Part shown: positions 28,826-39,654 of the stretch, in pieces
How positions within the stretch are numbered: position 1 is the first letter of the stretch
Layout: each line of letters starts with the position of its first letter
Assembly: GCA_942491115.1 (NCBI GenBank)
Contig: CALNZV010000007.1
Coordinates: forward strand, 194,605 to 258,604
Reading direction: 5' to 3'
Length of the DNA stretch: 64,000 nucleotides
From: an uncultured Desulfobacteraceae bacterium
GTDB lineage: Bacteria; Desulfobacterota; Desulfobacteria; Desulfobacterales; UBA5852
Position numbers and translations under genes: made by a program
The notes under the pieces: model-generated
What the model saw: only the letters and a program-made list of their open reading frames with translations
Told to the model about the DNA's origin: nothing
Databases searched by the model: none

Positions 28826-30454
28826 CTAAGGCTCGTTACAGGGATTACCGGGCGTCCCTGTACAGAAGAAGGTTTCCGCGATGGTCTGGTTCCCGTTGTC
28901 TGCGACGGCCATCACTTCGTACTTGTAAATTTTGCCATTTTCAATGAACTCGTCAGGGACCGCCACCCGATTAAAGCTGGAAAACGCCGGAAGGATAATC
29001 TTAAATTTGTTGCCGGAAGCCAAATCCTCGACCACGACGTGATAGTTTTCGATGGTGATCGGATCCGAAATGGGGCTTCGGCAAGCATCGCCGGTGTCGT
29101 TCAACGTCGAATTCACAGCATCCCACAGGATGTCGATGCCTGAGGGTCCCACGGTTTCTTCTGAGGGCGACAAATTCTGGGGGGCACAGGGAAGCTCGTG
29201 TGACAGCCTCGCCTCCCCGGTGAGTTTTTCACCCGCCACCGATTTGCTTTTGAATTGATATGTCCCCTCAGGGAATAGCGCCAAGAGTTCGGCCTGGGTC
29301 ATTTCAGAAAAATCCGGATCCCCGCTTCGCGAAAAGAGCTTCGTCAGGCCGATCTTTTTCAAATGTCCTTTGGCGGTGATATTGAAAACCTTCCTCCCAT
29401 CCGGGTTGACGACACTCATTTTCTTCCACCCCTCACCGCCAAGAGATACCTGAATGCCTGCCTTGCCATCCGTGAAGTGGGTTGCAATAATGAGCGCCGT
29501 GTCGTCCGAAGGAGAGGACGCCTCCCCACAGAATACCAAAATGCCGGTGACAGGGTCGTTAGGGACGGAGCCACTGCCGTTTTGGACCCGACAGCTCTGT
29601 TCGGGGTTATTGGGATTGGCGGTGACAGTGACGTCGAAGCTGCTACCTGGTATCAGGGGCGTGTCAAAGGTAAAGGGACCGTCGGCGTCAATGGTCAGGT
29701 CATCGCCGCCGTTGTTTTGCAGGACAAGGCCGCTGCCTTCGAGGCCCGTGACGATGCCGCCAACAGTGACCGACACGGGCGCCGGATCGTACCCTTCGAA
29801 TGACTCAAGAACATAGCCATCGATATTATTCAGTTTTCCTTCGTCGTTCCACCATCCCATATGATTGTATATATTATCGCCGGCAAGAGAATACATGGCC
29901 AGATAATCGCCACCTCCGCTGGGCTCAAAAACCGAAACGTCAGGCTCCCATGGGCGTGGGCCGTTTTGCCAGTTGGTGTACTGGCCGATGTCACCATCCG
30001 GCCAATTGCCGGTGCCGTCCCAGAATTTGCCTTGGTCGTCTACCCAATACCAGCCGGCACCTTCCGCTTGAGCGCTGCCATCATTGTAAAAGCCGCCGAG
30101 CCAATACTCGAGATTGCTGCTGAGCGGGTTGCTGCTGCTCAAATCGGGAAAGGTTTCGATGATGCTCCAAATAAAATCGTTTTCACCCTGTGTCTGGGAG
30201 GTTGCCAGATGGTAATCGACGTTCGAATCCCAGGTAAAGGCGGCGGCACTCCAGCTTTTGTTGCTGATTCCGACCGCATTGTAATCCACCACCATATAGT
30301 AATGGCCGGTGTCTGGGTTGTAATGCTCAACCAATTCCGTGCCGTTGAAGAGATACGCATGGACTGGGCCGCCGATCATAGCCGCAAAAACCAAGGCGGC
30401 TGTGAGGGCAATTGGCCATTTTCTGTGGCCCATGGCGATTCGCATTCCGTTCAT
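28826..30454 (-). CDS. Secreted protein with N-terminal C-type-lectin-like domain and C-terminal beta-rich domains
   Basis: Signal peptide KWPIALTAALVFAAMIGGPVHA. Lectin-like motifs EYWLGGFYND..GAGWYWVDD..YTNWQNG..EP. The remainder is Gly/Thr/Asp-rich and Ig-like. Confidence 0.6.
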   Translation of the reverse strand: MNGMRIAMGHRKWPIALTAALVFAAMIGGPVHAYLFNGTELVEHYNPDTGHYYMVVDYNAVGISNKSWSAAAFTWDSNVDYHLATSQTQGENDFIWSIIETFPDLSSSNPLSSNLEYWLGGFYNDGSAQAEGAGWYWVDDQGKFWDGTGNWPDGDIGQYTNWQNGPRPWEPDVSVFEPSGGGDYLAMYSLAGDNIYNHMGWWNDEGKLNNIDGYVLESFEGYDPAPVSVTVGGIVTGLEGSGLVLQNNGGDDLTIDADGPFTFDTPLIPGSSFDVTVTANPNNPEQSCRVQNGSGSVPNDPVTGILVFCGEASSPSDDTALIIATHFTDGKAGIQVSLGGEGWKKMSVVNPDGRKVFNITAKGHLKKIGLTKLFSRSGDPDFSEMTQAELLALFPEGTYQFKSKSVAGEKLTGEARLSHELPCAPQNLSPSEETVGPSGIDILWDAVNSTLNDTGDACRSPISDPITIENYHVVVEDLASGNKFKIILPAFSSFNRVAVPDEFIENGKIYKYEVMAVADNGNQTIAETFFCTGTPGNPCNEP

Positions 30455-31336
30455 GCTTTCTCCTCTGCTCGAATTCAGTCGCGCAATCGTGGTTGATCGT
30501 CAATCGTTTCACCGAAGTCAGCTTGTTTGAATTCGGCTGTCAAATCGGAGTCCATGAAACCAACATAGGGTTGCGATCGGTTATTGCCGATACGATAGGG
30601 CCATTCAAAATCCGGCCATTGGAAACGGACAGTATGTCAAATGGCCTCAATCGAGCCGAAATCCGGTTAACCATTAGAAACGGATGAGTGGTTTTTAGAT
30701 ATCACCAAACCGCCATCGGAATGACTCAATTGCAGCACCGCCGCTGGTCTTTAGGGTTAGCCACCCCGAATATAATGAAAGAGGGTGACCTCGTGCCATC
30801 CCCTGGTCTCGCCCACAAGGCCGGAGATGGCGCTTCTCGTCACCCTCAAATGGTCCGGGAAGATCTTAATCGTATCTGTTAAACCCATCAAGTGGAACAT
30901 CGGATCGATCTCTGGATACGTCGCAGCTCAAGCGTCACGGATTCGCGTGTCTCGTAAATGTGATACACCCCAATATCATTTTCCCCACAGTATGGAAAGT
31001 CTATAGGGTGTTTCCTGTGAAAGATCGCTGACAGCCCCAAAGGGGCTGATATACTGCCGTTTTAATACATACCTAAGTGAACCACAGATTCGTTTCTCTC
31101 CCGCGTCGCTGGTGGTTTGCCCCAGCTGTGCATATTCCGCCGCATTCCCCCCTAACGGTCCATTCCAAAACGAAAATCCCCGAAGGCACGATCATCGAGG
31201 GAAGCAACCCCTAAAGCTGCTCGTCCGGCAACCCCTTGCGGCTTGAATTGAGTCGGACCTAAGTGGTAGTAGCTGATAGCAAAACATGCTGGATCCAAGA
31301 TCCAAGTGGTCTTAACCCCTCATGTCGGGAGCCACC

Positions 31337-32137
31337 ATGAAAAGAAAAAACATTGTCTTCACCCTCTTGCTGGCGGGAGTACTGGTCCTTGCAATGTCCG
31401 CTTCGGCGGGCTCTATCCTTGACCATATCCTCCAAAGCAAGGAGCTCAGGATTGGCACGAGCGGCCAGCAACCCCCCATGACCGCAACCAACAAGAAGGG
31501 AGATATCATTGGGCTGGATATCGATATTGCCAAGGCGATGGCGGACGCCATGGAAGTCGAGGCGACGTTCGTCGTCTTGCCCTTCAGCGAGCTTCTCCCG
31601 GCCCTCGAGGCCGGCCAGGTCGACGTGGTGATTTCCGGGATGACCATGACCGCCAAACGAAACACGGCCGTCGCTTTTGCAGGGCCCTATTTTGTTTCAG
31701 GCAAAGGAATACTTGCCAAGGCTGAAAAATATGCCCGCCTACAAGAGGCCAGCGGATTGAATACACCTGAGGTGAGGGTCGCGGCCTTGAAAAGTTCGAC
31801 CAGCCAAGCCTTTGCCGAGTCGCTGATGCCCGAGGCAAAGCTGGTTCTAACCCAATCCTATGACGAAGCCATCGAGCTGCTCTTCGAATCGAAAATCGAT
31901 GTTCTGGTGGCCGATTTTCCCTTCTGCGCCCTATCCGCCTATCGCCATCAGGACAAACGGCTGTTCGCGGGCAAATCGCCCCTTACCTTCGAGCCCCTGG
32001 GCATTGCCATGAAGGAAGATACCCTGCTGATCAACTGGGTTCAAAATTTTTTAACTACTTTTCAGGGCAGCGGCCAATTGGAGAAAATACAGGCAAAATG
32101 GCTCAGGGGTGGCACGTGGGTGGATGAATTGCCATAG
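31337..32137 (+). CDS. ABC-transporter amino-acid substrate-binding protein (SBP_bac_3 family)
   Basis: Signal peptide MKRKNIVFTLLLAGVLVLAMSASA, then LRIGTSGQQPPM..GLDIDIAKAMA..DVVISGMTMT. No permease or ATPase gene adjacent. Confidence 0.85.
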   Translation: MKRKNIVFTLLLAGVLVLAMSASAGSILDHILQSKELRIGTSGQQPPMTATNKKGDIIGLDIDIAKAMADAMEVEATFVVLPFSELLPALEAGQVDVVISGMTMTAKRNTAVAFAGPYFVSGKGILAKAEKYARLQEASGLNTPEVRVAALKSSTSQAFAESLMPEAKLVLTQSYDEAIELLFESKIDVLVADFPFCALSAYRHQDKRLFAGKSPLTFEPLGIAMKEDTLLINWVQNFLTTFQGSGQLEKIQAKWLRGGTWVDELP

Positions 32138-32606
32138 TTCTTTTTAGCACTCCCGATCCCAATGAATGCACCTGGCAGGTGTGGGAAAACCGCCTCTCGG
32201 GCGATGGATGTCGTGCCGATAACCCGCCCGTGGTATCTCGCCATCCCTTTCCGGTTTGTATCCAGCCAGGGCGGCCCCTCCAATCGACACCCACCCCGAG
32301 AGATGTCATTGGAGCAGTACCCTGATGGGTCGTCGTCATCCCTGCCAGTTAGCCGCTGGTGGCATATGCCCTATCAGAACTCCCAGGCATCAGGCACGGA
32401 CCTTGACGGGCGCACCATGGGATGTCCAAAGCCGCACCTCCACAACCACCGATCACGGTTCCCTGCCCAATCGAGGCCAATGGCAGCGAATTCCCCACGG
32501 AGGCGACGGACGGTAACGATCCCCTGCGACCCTGTGATCCGAGTATCCTCCGGTCAACGGCCCAAAGAAGCACTGTTTGTTATTCCGGATATGGAAGGTA
32601 AGAGAG

Positions 32607-34016
32607 ATGCCGACTATCCTCCAGCGTAAAATGATGCGGGAAATGGAGACAAAGGATCTATTCAGGCAAGCCCAATCCTGTGCATTCGAATACGCGGATC
32701 AGCACCGTGAAAGGCCTGTTTTCCCGACGGATGAAGCCATTGCGTCCCTGAACGTGTTTGATGAGCCCATGCCTGAAAAATCGGCGGATCCATCGGACGT
32801 CCTAAAAATGCTCCATGACTACGGATCGCCGTCGACCGTCTCACAAATGGGGGGCCGCTACTTTGGCTTTGTCAATGGCGGCATCATACCCGCATCCCTT
32901 GCCGCCCGCTGGCTCTCTGATTTCTGGGATCAAAATTCCGCCTTGTATGTCATGTCTCCCCTCGCATCCAAGCTTGAGGTGATCTGCGAAGCGTGGCTAA
33001 AAGACCTATTCGGGCTGCCGGAGCGGGTCGTCGCGGGATTCGTCAGCGGCTCTTCCATGGCGATCTTCTGCGGTTTGGCTGCCGCCCGCTACCGGGTGCT
33101 TAAAGACAGGGGCTGGGATATCAATGACAGGGGACTTCGCGGGGCTCCGAACGTGCGGATTGTCGCCGGTCGGCAAGCCCACGGAGCGGTTGCCAAGGCA
33201 GTGGCTCTCCTGGGTTTTGGCACCGGAAACATCGAGTGGGTGGAGGCGGATGCCCAGGGTCGGATGATGACCTCCCGGGTTCCCGAGTTGGATGAACGCA
33301 CCGTCCTGATCCTTCAGGCGGGGCATGTCTCCTCAGGCGCTTTCGACCCCTTTGAACCCATTTGCGAAAAGGCCCGGGATGCAGGCGCATGGGTTCACAT
33401 CGACGGCGCCTTCGGACTCTGGGTCGCCGGCTCGAACACACTGAACTATTTAACGAAAGGAATGGAAAAGGCCAATTCCTGGTCGGTAGACGGACACAAA
33501 ACCCTCAACACCCCCTACGACAGCGGTGTCGTTCTCTGCGATGACAGGGAGGCCCTGGTGAATGCCCTCCAGGCCTCCGGCTCCTACATCACCTATAGTG
33601 AAAACAGGGACGGCATGCTCACCACGCCGGAGATGTCGAGGCGGGCGAGGGCGGTAGACCTGTGGGCGGCATTAAAATACCTGGGCAAGGAGGGCGTCGA
33701 TGCGCTGGTGACCGGTCTTCACGAAAACGCCGTCCAACTGGGTCGAAAGCTGGCGTCCGAAGGCTTTCAGATTTTAAATGACGTCGTCTTCAACCAAGTG
33801 GTCGTTGCTTGTGACAGCGACGACATCACCAACCGGACGATCCACCATATCCAGCAATCCGGCGACTGCTGGGTGGGGGGAGCCGTCTGGAACGGCAAAG
33901 CAGTGATCCGGGTCAGCGTTTGCTCCTGGGCGACCACCGAAGCGGATATCGCCCATTCCATCCGTGGATTTTCCGCTGCAAGGGATATGGCTGTAGCGTC
34001 ACTGAATTCCCCATAA
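32607..34016 (+). CDS. PLP-dependent decarboxylase (group II, aspartate-aminotransferase fold)
   Basis: HIDGAFGLW...SWSVDGHKTLNTPYDSG (PLP-lysine motif). Start uncertain (32577, 32607 or 32634). Confidence 0.78.
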   Translation: MPTILQRKMMREMETKDLFRQAQSCAFEYADQHRERPVFPTDEAIASLNVFDEPMPEKSADPSDVLKMLHDYGSPSTVSQMGGRYFGFVNGGIIPASLAARWLSDFWDQNSALYVMSPLASKLEVICEAWLKDLFGLPERVVAGFVSGSSMAIFCGLAAARYRVLKDRGWDINDRGLRGAPNVRIVAGRQAHGAVAKAVALLGFGTGNIEWVEADAQGRMMTSRVPELDERTVLILQAGHVSSGAFDPFEPICEKARDAGAWVHIDGAFGLWVAGSNTLNYLTKGMEKANSWSVDGHKTLNTPYDSGVVLCDDREALVNALQASGSYITYSENRDGMLTTPEMSRRARAVDLWAALKYLGKEGVDALVTGLHENAVQLGRKLASEGFQILNDVVFNQVVVACDSDDITNRTIHHIQQSGDCWVGGAVWNGKAVIRVSVCSWATTEADIAHSIRGFSAARDMAVASLNSP

Positions 34017-34295
34017 CCGTCGAATCCATTCTGGCCGACAGCCGCCCACACGGCATTCCCAGGGCGGTGTCGGATGCCGGCCCTCCGTCTTTCCCCGCCC
34101 ACACCTGCCGAATCGACCTCTTTTCCACCCATCTCACCCGCCCCTGCTCCACCGGCGGTGATCCTGATGATTCCCAAACGGCCGCATGGAATGTGACCCC
34201 CTGGGGCACACCACTTTCCGGCCGTGAAATTGTCGATTCTCTAAATCATTATTATCAATAGTATATTCGTCGCAAACAACCGGAGGGAAACGACC

Positions 34296-36254
34296 ATGAG
34301 TATTCGATATAAGCTTCTACTGATCCTTCTCGGGTTCAGCATCGTTCCCCTCTTGGTCTTTTTCTCGCTCAACGCAGGGCTGTCCGCAAAGATGGGACAA
34401 ACCATCAGCGATGTCGCGACGAAGCAACTGATCCTGTTAACCAGCCGTGGGTTGGAGGAGGTTTCAGAGAACTATGCCCTTGCCCTGAATCGGGAATTTT
34501 ATCGGATCGAAACCGCGATCCGCGGCGCATCCGAGAAGATCGAGGGCGGCTGGACGACCGCGCGCCCAGTCGATGGATTCCGTGGTACCGACGACAGCGT
34601 GCGCCAGTCGCAACCGATTCTTCAGCAGCTCTTCGAACAGCTGGAAACGGTCGACAGCGGCCTTCTTGGGGTCTATCGGCTGATGCCCGACGGCAAAATT
34701 TTCGCCTACCCGGAAGCCGGGTTCCATGAAGACGCCACCCGTCGGTTCCTCGGAAGAAAACCACACCCCGCACTAGGCGGAAAGCCGGCGCCTCTGAGGG
34801 TGGTCACCCGCAGCGTTAAAGCAGACCCCTCGATACCCACCGTCCTGTCGATCACGTTGTCGATATCCGGGGAACACCTCCAGCCGGATGGCGTTATAGG
34901 GGCCGATTATTCCATGATACGCCTGCTCGAAACATGCAGGCCCGCCTCCCAATGGACCCCGATGATGGAAACCCTGTTGGTCATCTGGACCGACGACGAC
35001 GTCCGGGGGTCTTTGCCACCGGCCGTCCTTTTCCGGGCAGACGGTAGACAGGCTGACCCCTCATGGCGCCCGTCCCCCTCCGCCTCACTCATGGACGGGC
35101 CGGAAATGGATACCTTTCTCCGTAAAAGCAGACGGTGGGGAAAAGGACATGCCGTATTGAATACCGACGGAACAGAGTCCATCTGGGCCTACGCCCAGGC
35201 CTTCCACAAATTCGGATTTGCCAGCATTCTGCCGACCCGTGAGCTACAGTACTTCATGACGAGGAGCCAACGACGCCTGATTCGGTGGCACGCCATGGAC
35301 ACCTTTTTGGCGGCGATGGCCGTGGTTCTGCTCATGCTGGTCGTCGCCGGCTTCCGCTCCCGCAGGATCCTCAGGCCTTTTTCTGCCGTCGTCGAGGGAT
35401 TCCGGCAGCTGTCAAAGGGGGATTTTTCGGCCCGCCTCTCCTTCGATGAGACGGACGAACGGCAACTCGTGGCCGACGCCTTCAATGACATGGCGGCTCA
35501 GCTTGAAACCAGCATGCAAATCCGCCACTCCTTGGAGGTGGCCCGGGAGGTTCAGCAAAACTTCCTCCCCTCCGCCCATCCGGCATTCCCGGGATTCGAC
35601 ATCGCGTCGACCGTCCGGTACTGCGACGAGACCGGCGGCGACTACATCGATTTTATCCAGAGGGGAAATGGAACCCTGGGGGTCGTGGTGAGCGACGTCA
35701 CCGGCCACGGCATCGGCGCGGCCCTTCTGATGGCAACGGCCAGGGCCCTGATACGAGGCCGCTGCGACATCAATGAAAATCTCAATGAGACCATCGGCGC
35801 CGTCAACCGAGAGCTGTCTGCCGACGTTGGCCCATCCGGAAGATTCATGACCCTCTTTTTCCTGGAGATCGATCCCATCGCTCGCCGATTCCAGTGGATT
35901 CGCGCAGGCCACGATCCCGCATGGCTGTTTGCCGATCAAGGCGAGACCATCGCCACCCTCGGCGGCGCCGGCATCCCTTTGGGCGTGGAGTCCCGCTATG
36001 CCTATCCGAAACCGTCCAGCCGGCCCTTTGGCAAGGGTGATGTGGTGGTCATCGGCACCGATGGGATCTGGGAGGCGGCAAACGCCGACGGCGTCCTGTT
36101 CGGTAAAGATCGATTCGAAGCCCTTGTGGGTCGCCACCTCGCGGAGCCGGCGGCCGACATCTGCCGGGCGGTGATCGACGCCGTGGCGTTATTTCAGGGG
36201 GATTGTCGGCAGGAGGACGACATTTCTCTGGCAGTCGTCAAGATCATGGAATAG
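34296..36254 (+). CDS. Membrane sensor with HAMP domain and PP2C/SpoIIE-type serine phosphatase domain (RsbU-like)
   Basis: N-terminal TM, periplasmic sensor region, second TM, HAMP (RPFSAVVEGFRQLSKGDFSARL). SpoIIE motifs: GGDYIDF, VSDVTGHGIGAALLM, TDGIWEA. Confidence 0.85.
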   Translation: MSIRYKLLLILLGFSIVPLLVFFSLNAGLSAKMGQTISDVATKQLILLTSRGLEEVSENYALALNREFYRIETAIRGASEKIEGGWTTARPVDGFRGTDDSVRQSQPILQQLFEQLETVDSGLLGVYRLMPDGKIFAYPEAGFHEDATRRFLGRKPHPALGGKPAPLRVVTRSVKADPSIPTVLSITLSISGEHLQPDGVIGADYSMIRLLETCRPASQWTPMMETLLVIWTDDDVRGSLPPAVLFRADGRQADPSWRPSPSASLMDGPEMDTFLRKSRRWGKGHAVLNTDGTESIWAYAQAFHKFGFASILPTRELQYFMTRSQRRLIRWHAMDTFLAAMAVVLLMLVVAGFRSRRILRPFSAVVEGFRQLSKGDFSARLSFDETDERQLVADAFNDMAAQLETSMQIRHSLEVAREVQQNFLPSAHPAFPGFDIASTVRYCDETGGDYIDFIQRGNGTLGVVVSDVTGHGIGAALLMATARALIRGRCDINENLNETIGAVNRELSADVGPSGRFMTLFFLEIDPIARRFQWIRAGHDPAWLFADQGETIATLGGAGIPLGVESRYAYPKPSSRPFGKGDVVVIGTDGIWEAANADGVLFGKDRFEALVGRHLAEPAADICRAVIDAVALFQGDCRQEDDISLAVVKIME

Positions 36255-36268
36255 TGGGTTTTCGACGG

Positions 36269-36700
36269 TCATGGCGCCTTCAGCTTTCCTTCGAACCAGC
36301 TTTCCTCATGGGCATCGAACCAGTACCATCTCTTCTTGGTCCACAGGAAAGTGGCCTCCGCTCGATCGTCCCTGACAACGCCTTTCCACTCGATCACCCC
36401 ATGGTCGGGGCTGACCACCACCGATTCAAAGTGGATGCCGTCGGTCTTTTGAACCGCCGTGTAAGGGGCGGTTTCGAAGCCATACTTGACGCAGGAGGTC
36501 GAGAGGAAGAGACCGTCCCGGAAGATGATCTGGTCTTCCCCATCCGCATCCTCTCCTTTCGGACCGGCATATCCGATGAAGACCATGCCCTCCAGTGGAT
36601 GCGAATCGTCGCTATCGGAAGCGGCGGGCACGGCGTTTTCAACCAGCAGGAAACCCGCTAAAAATACCAGACAAAAAACCGATGACAAGAATCTGTTCAT
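36269..36700 (-). CDS. Secreted hypothetical protein
   Basis: Signal peptide MNRFLSSVFCLVFLAGFLLVENA. 143 aa. No recognisable family. Confidence 0.5.
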   Translation of the reverse strand: MNRFLSSVFCLVFLAGFLLVENAVPAASDSDDSHPLEGMVFIGYAGPKGEDADGEDQIIFRDGLFLSTSCVKYGFETAPYTAVQKTDGIHFESVVVSPDHGVIEWKGVVRDDRAEATFLWTKKRWYWFDAHEESWFEGKLKAP

Positions 36701-36759
36701 GGCAACCTCCCCACCGATAAGGTCGAACCGTCCGACGGCACTGTTTGCCGGTTGTCACC

Positions 36760-37143
36760 TTAGGCCTCTGTTCTCTTCGGCATGAGATACCAAAGGACAA
36801 ATGCCACAAGAAACAAGGCCGGGATATCGCCCAGAAGGTTTGCCCTTTCGGTCTCATCGACGAGCGCTTGAACCAGCATTATGCCACCGTGGACGATGCT
36901 CGACCAGATCGTAAACCAAATGAGGCTTGCATTGGCCAAAGGGTCTTTCGCAGCCCGAATCAAAAAGACCCCCAAGACCGCGTATATGCCCATAATCATT
37001 TGCTCGTATTCGGGTTGCCGCGGCGTCCAGCCCCAGCCCGAAGGCCATACCCACATCATCATCAAGTAAATGCCGACGATGAAAATGACGCCAACCACGA
37101 TGAGCGCCGATTTAAGATACCTGAGTTTGTCTTTTTCATGCAT
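36760..37143 (-). CDS. Small integral membrane protein (3-4 TM), function unknown
   Basis: Start set at MHEKDK (37143). Hydrophobic segments SALIVVGVIFIVGIYLMMMWVW, IMGIYAVLGVFLI and LGDIPALFLVAFVLWYL. Confidence 0.5.
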   Translation of the reverse strand: MHEKDKLRYLKSALIVVGVIFIVGIYLMMMWVWPSGWGWTPRQPEYEQMIMGIYAVLGVFLIRAAKDPLANASLIWFTIWSSIVHGGIMLVQALVDETERANLLGDIPALFLVAFVLWYLMPKRTEA

Positions 37144-37402
37144 GGGGGGCTCCTCAGTTGCTATGGGACCTGTCAACAGACTAATGGAGCAGCTTGGATT
37201 GTCAAGGTGTCGGAGGGAATCGATACCCGCCTGGGGAGACCCCGGAACGGAAGATTCCATTGGCGGTAGGCGCTTGTTCTGCGAATTCTTAATCGTTCGC
37301 AAACAAAACGAAGGCAAATGTAGGTTTTCGGCGTTGTCTTGGAAGAAACCGGAGGGCTCTGCTCGGCAGGGGGGCCCGCACACCCCAAACATATCCATTC
37401 CA

Positions 37403-39460
37403 ATGGCTGGCTATTCCACGACCGAGGATCCATACCAGACACCCATCGGCCGGTTGACCGAATCATGCGACAGCGTCCCTCCGGAGTTGCGCGTCCGGAA
37501 GGTCAAGCGCCTGGTGGAGGCGAGGGGGCCCATGGCCGCCATGGCGGTCACGGATGGAGACATCCCTGTAGGACTGGTCATGAGCATCCATCTGGACCGC
37601 ATCCTGAGCCACCGCTACGGGGTATCCCTCTTCGAAAATCGTCCTATTCGCGATATCATGGATGCCTCTCCCCTGATCGTCGAGGAAGATGCCGCTCTGG
37701 AGGAGGTGGCCGATCTCGCCATGAGGCGGGACCGGCGAAAAATTTACGACCACGTGCTTATCACCAGCAAGGGGCGCCTGACCGGAATGGTGTCGGTTCA
37801 AACCCTGCTGCTGAGCCTGGTGGAAAGCGAGAAAGAGCGGACCATCGAGCTGGTCACAGCCAACCGAATGCTCCAGGAGGAAATCAGGGAGAGAAAATCC
37901 GTCGAGCAGCAACTGGTCCACTACGAACGAATCGTTGCGGCATCGAAAGACCACATGGCGTTAATGGATCGCAGCTACCGCATTATAGCCGTCAACGACG
38001 CCTGCCTGAAGCTCTTCAGGCAGCGGCGAAGCGAGGTGATTGGGCAGACATTGCCCTCGCTGCTGGGACAGAACGTATTCGATCGAAAGATGAAGACCCG
38101 GATCGATCGGTGCCTCGAAGGGGAATCCTTTCGATTTCAAAGCCACAACCATTTCTCCCAAGACCGCATCCGCCACCTGGATTCAGCCCTCTATCCCTGC
38201 ATCGAAACCGATGGTCATATCTCCGGAGTGGTGATGAACGCCCGGGACATTACCGAACTCAAAGAGATGGAGGCCGCCCTCAAGCAATCCCAGAAGATGG
38301 AGGCCTTAGGCACCCTTGCCGGCGGCATCGCCCACGACTTCAACAACATCCTGGCCGCGATTTCAGGCTTCTCCGAGCTGGCCCTTATGGAACTGCCTTC
38401 GGATTCCAGAGCGTCGGACTCCTTGAACCAGATTCTGAAGGCCACTTCACGGGCCAAGGAACTGGTCCGCCAGATCCTGTCTTTCAGCAGAAAAATGGAC
38501 CAGGAACGCACCGTGGTCGACTTTGGCGACATCGTGGAGGAGACCCATCAGCTGCTTCGGGCATCCCTGCCCGCCACCATCCGCATAGAGGTCGGGCAAG
38601 AAGCAGAGTCCACTGCCATCTTGGCCGACCGCACCCAGATGCATCAGGTCCTGATGAACATCTGCACCAACGCCGCTGTCGCCATGGAAGAAGACGGGGG
38701 CATCATCACCCTGACCCTGAGGAACCTTTCCCTGCCCTCCGAGCAGCACCCATCCATTCAACACCTCAATCCCGGCCGGTACCTGGAATGTGAGATCCGG
38801 GACGAGGGCAAGGGCATACCCTTCGACATCATCGACCGTATCTTCGATCCCTTTTTCACCACCAAGCCCCAGGGCAAGGGTACCGGTATGGGGCTGGCAG
38901 TGGTCGACGGGATTGTGAAAACCGTTAACGGGGCGGTCACAGTGGCCAGCAAACCCCTTGCCGGAAGCACATTCCGCCTGTTTCTTCCTTTGGCGGAACC
39001 GCCGCCCATGGAATCGTCGGCGGCAGCGGCAGCGCCATTGGAGGTTCTTCACGGCAACGGCAACATCATACTTATTGACGACGAGGAGGATCTGATCCGC
39101 ATCGGCACACAGATGCTGGAACGCTTGGGGTACAGGGTCAGGGCGTTCAGCGATCCCGCTAAGGCCATCGACGGGTTTTCAGGGGAACCGGACTGGTGCG
39201 ATCTGGCCATCACGGATTGGGCCATGCCCGGAATGAAGGGGGATCGCCTCACCCGGAAACTCAAGGAAATCCGCCCCTCCCTTCCGGTCATCCTGTGCAG
39301 CGGCTACGCCAGCCCTTCCGATTTGGCCGTGGGAGACTGCCGGCAGCTGGGGTTTGAGCGGTTTATCATGAAGCCCTTTTCCCTCAGCATTCTGTCAAAG
39401 ACCATCGGCGAGGTCCTGGGTGATCGGCACCCGAAGGGCCGGTTCGCTGCCCGGGCCTAA
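37403..39460 (+). CDS. Hybrid sensor histidine kinase / response regulator with CBS pair and PAS domain
   Basis: CBS pair (PVGLVMSIHLDRIL..., LTGMVSVQTLL), PAS, H box GGIAHDFNNIL, HATPase (GKGTGMGLAVV), C-terminal REC (ILIDDEEDL...ITDWAMPGM). Start set at the ATG at 37403. Confidence 0.88.
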   Translation: MAGYSTTEDPYQTPIGRLTESCDSVPPELRVRKVKRLVEARGPMAAMAVTDGDIPVGLVMSIHLDRILSHRYGVSLFENRPIRDIMDASPLIVEEDAALEEVADLAMRRDRRKIYDHVLITSKGRLTGMVSVQTLLLSLVESEKERTIELVTANRMLQEEIRERKSVEQQLVHYERIVAASKDHMALMDRSYRIIAVNDACLKLFRQRRSEVIGQTLPSLLGQNVFDRKMKTRIDRCLEGESFRFQSHNHFSQDRIRHLDSALYPCIETDGHISGVVMNARDITELKEMEAALKQSQKMEALGTLAGGIAHDFNNILAAISGFSELALMELPSDSRASDSLNQILKATSRAKELVRQILSFSRKMDQERTVVDFGDIVEETHQLLRASLPATIRIEVGQEAESTAILADRTQMHQVLMNICTNAAVAMEEDGGIITLTLRNLSLPSEQHPSIQHLNPGRYLECEIRDEGKGIPFDIIDRIFDPFFTTKPQGKGTGMGLAVVDGIVKTVNGAVTVASKPLAGSTFRLFLPLAEPPPMESSAAAAAPLEVLHGNGNIILIDDEEDLIRIGTQMLERLGYRVRAFSDPAKAIDGFSGEPDWCDLAITDWAMPGMKGDRLTRKLKEIRPSLPVILCSGYASPSDLAVGDCRQLGFERFIMKPFSLSILSKTIGEVLGDRHPKGRFAARA

Positions 39461-39654
39461 CTCGACCCCTTCCCCGGAAATCCAGCCACTCAGGCCCATT
39501 TCCATACATTTGTAACCATTTCATTCCGTTAATGAAAATTTCATTGTCCCCTAACGATCTCCTAACCGCGTTGGACGAGATATCACATGTTTCAATGTCT
39601 GCATGGATCGACCATTGAATCGACAATATACATTGGAAAGGTGGATTGATTGTT

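Noticed and set aside
30455-31336. Hidden gene or regulatory RNA in the 0.9-kb gap upstream of the lectin-like and SBP genes
   Set aside because: Only short ORFs without recognisable motifs are present. A 7-bp hairpin (31032-48) and repeated GGCCATT motifs (about 30600-30660) are noted but are too weak to annotate.
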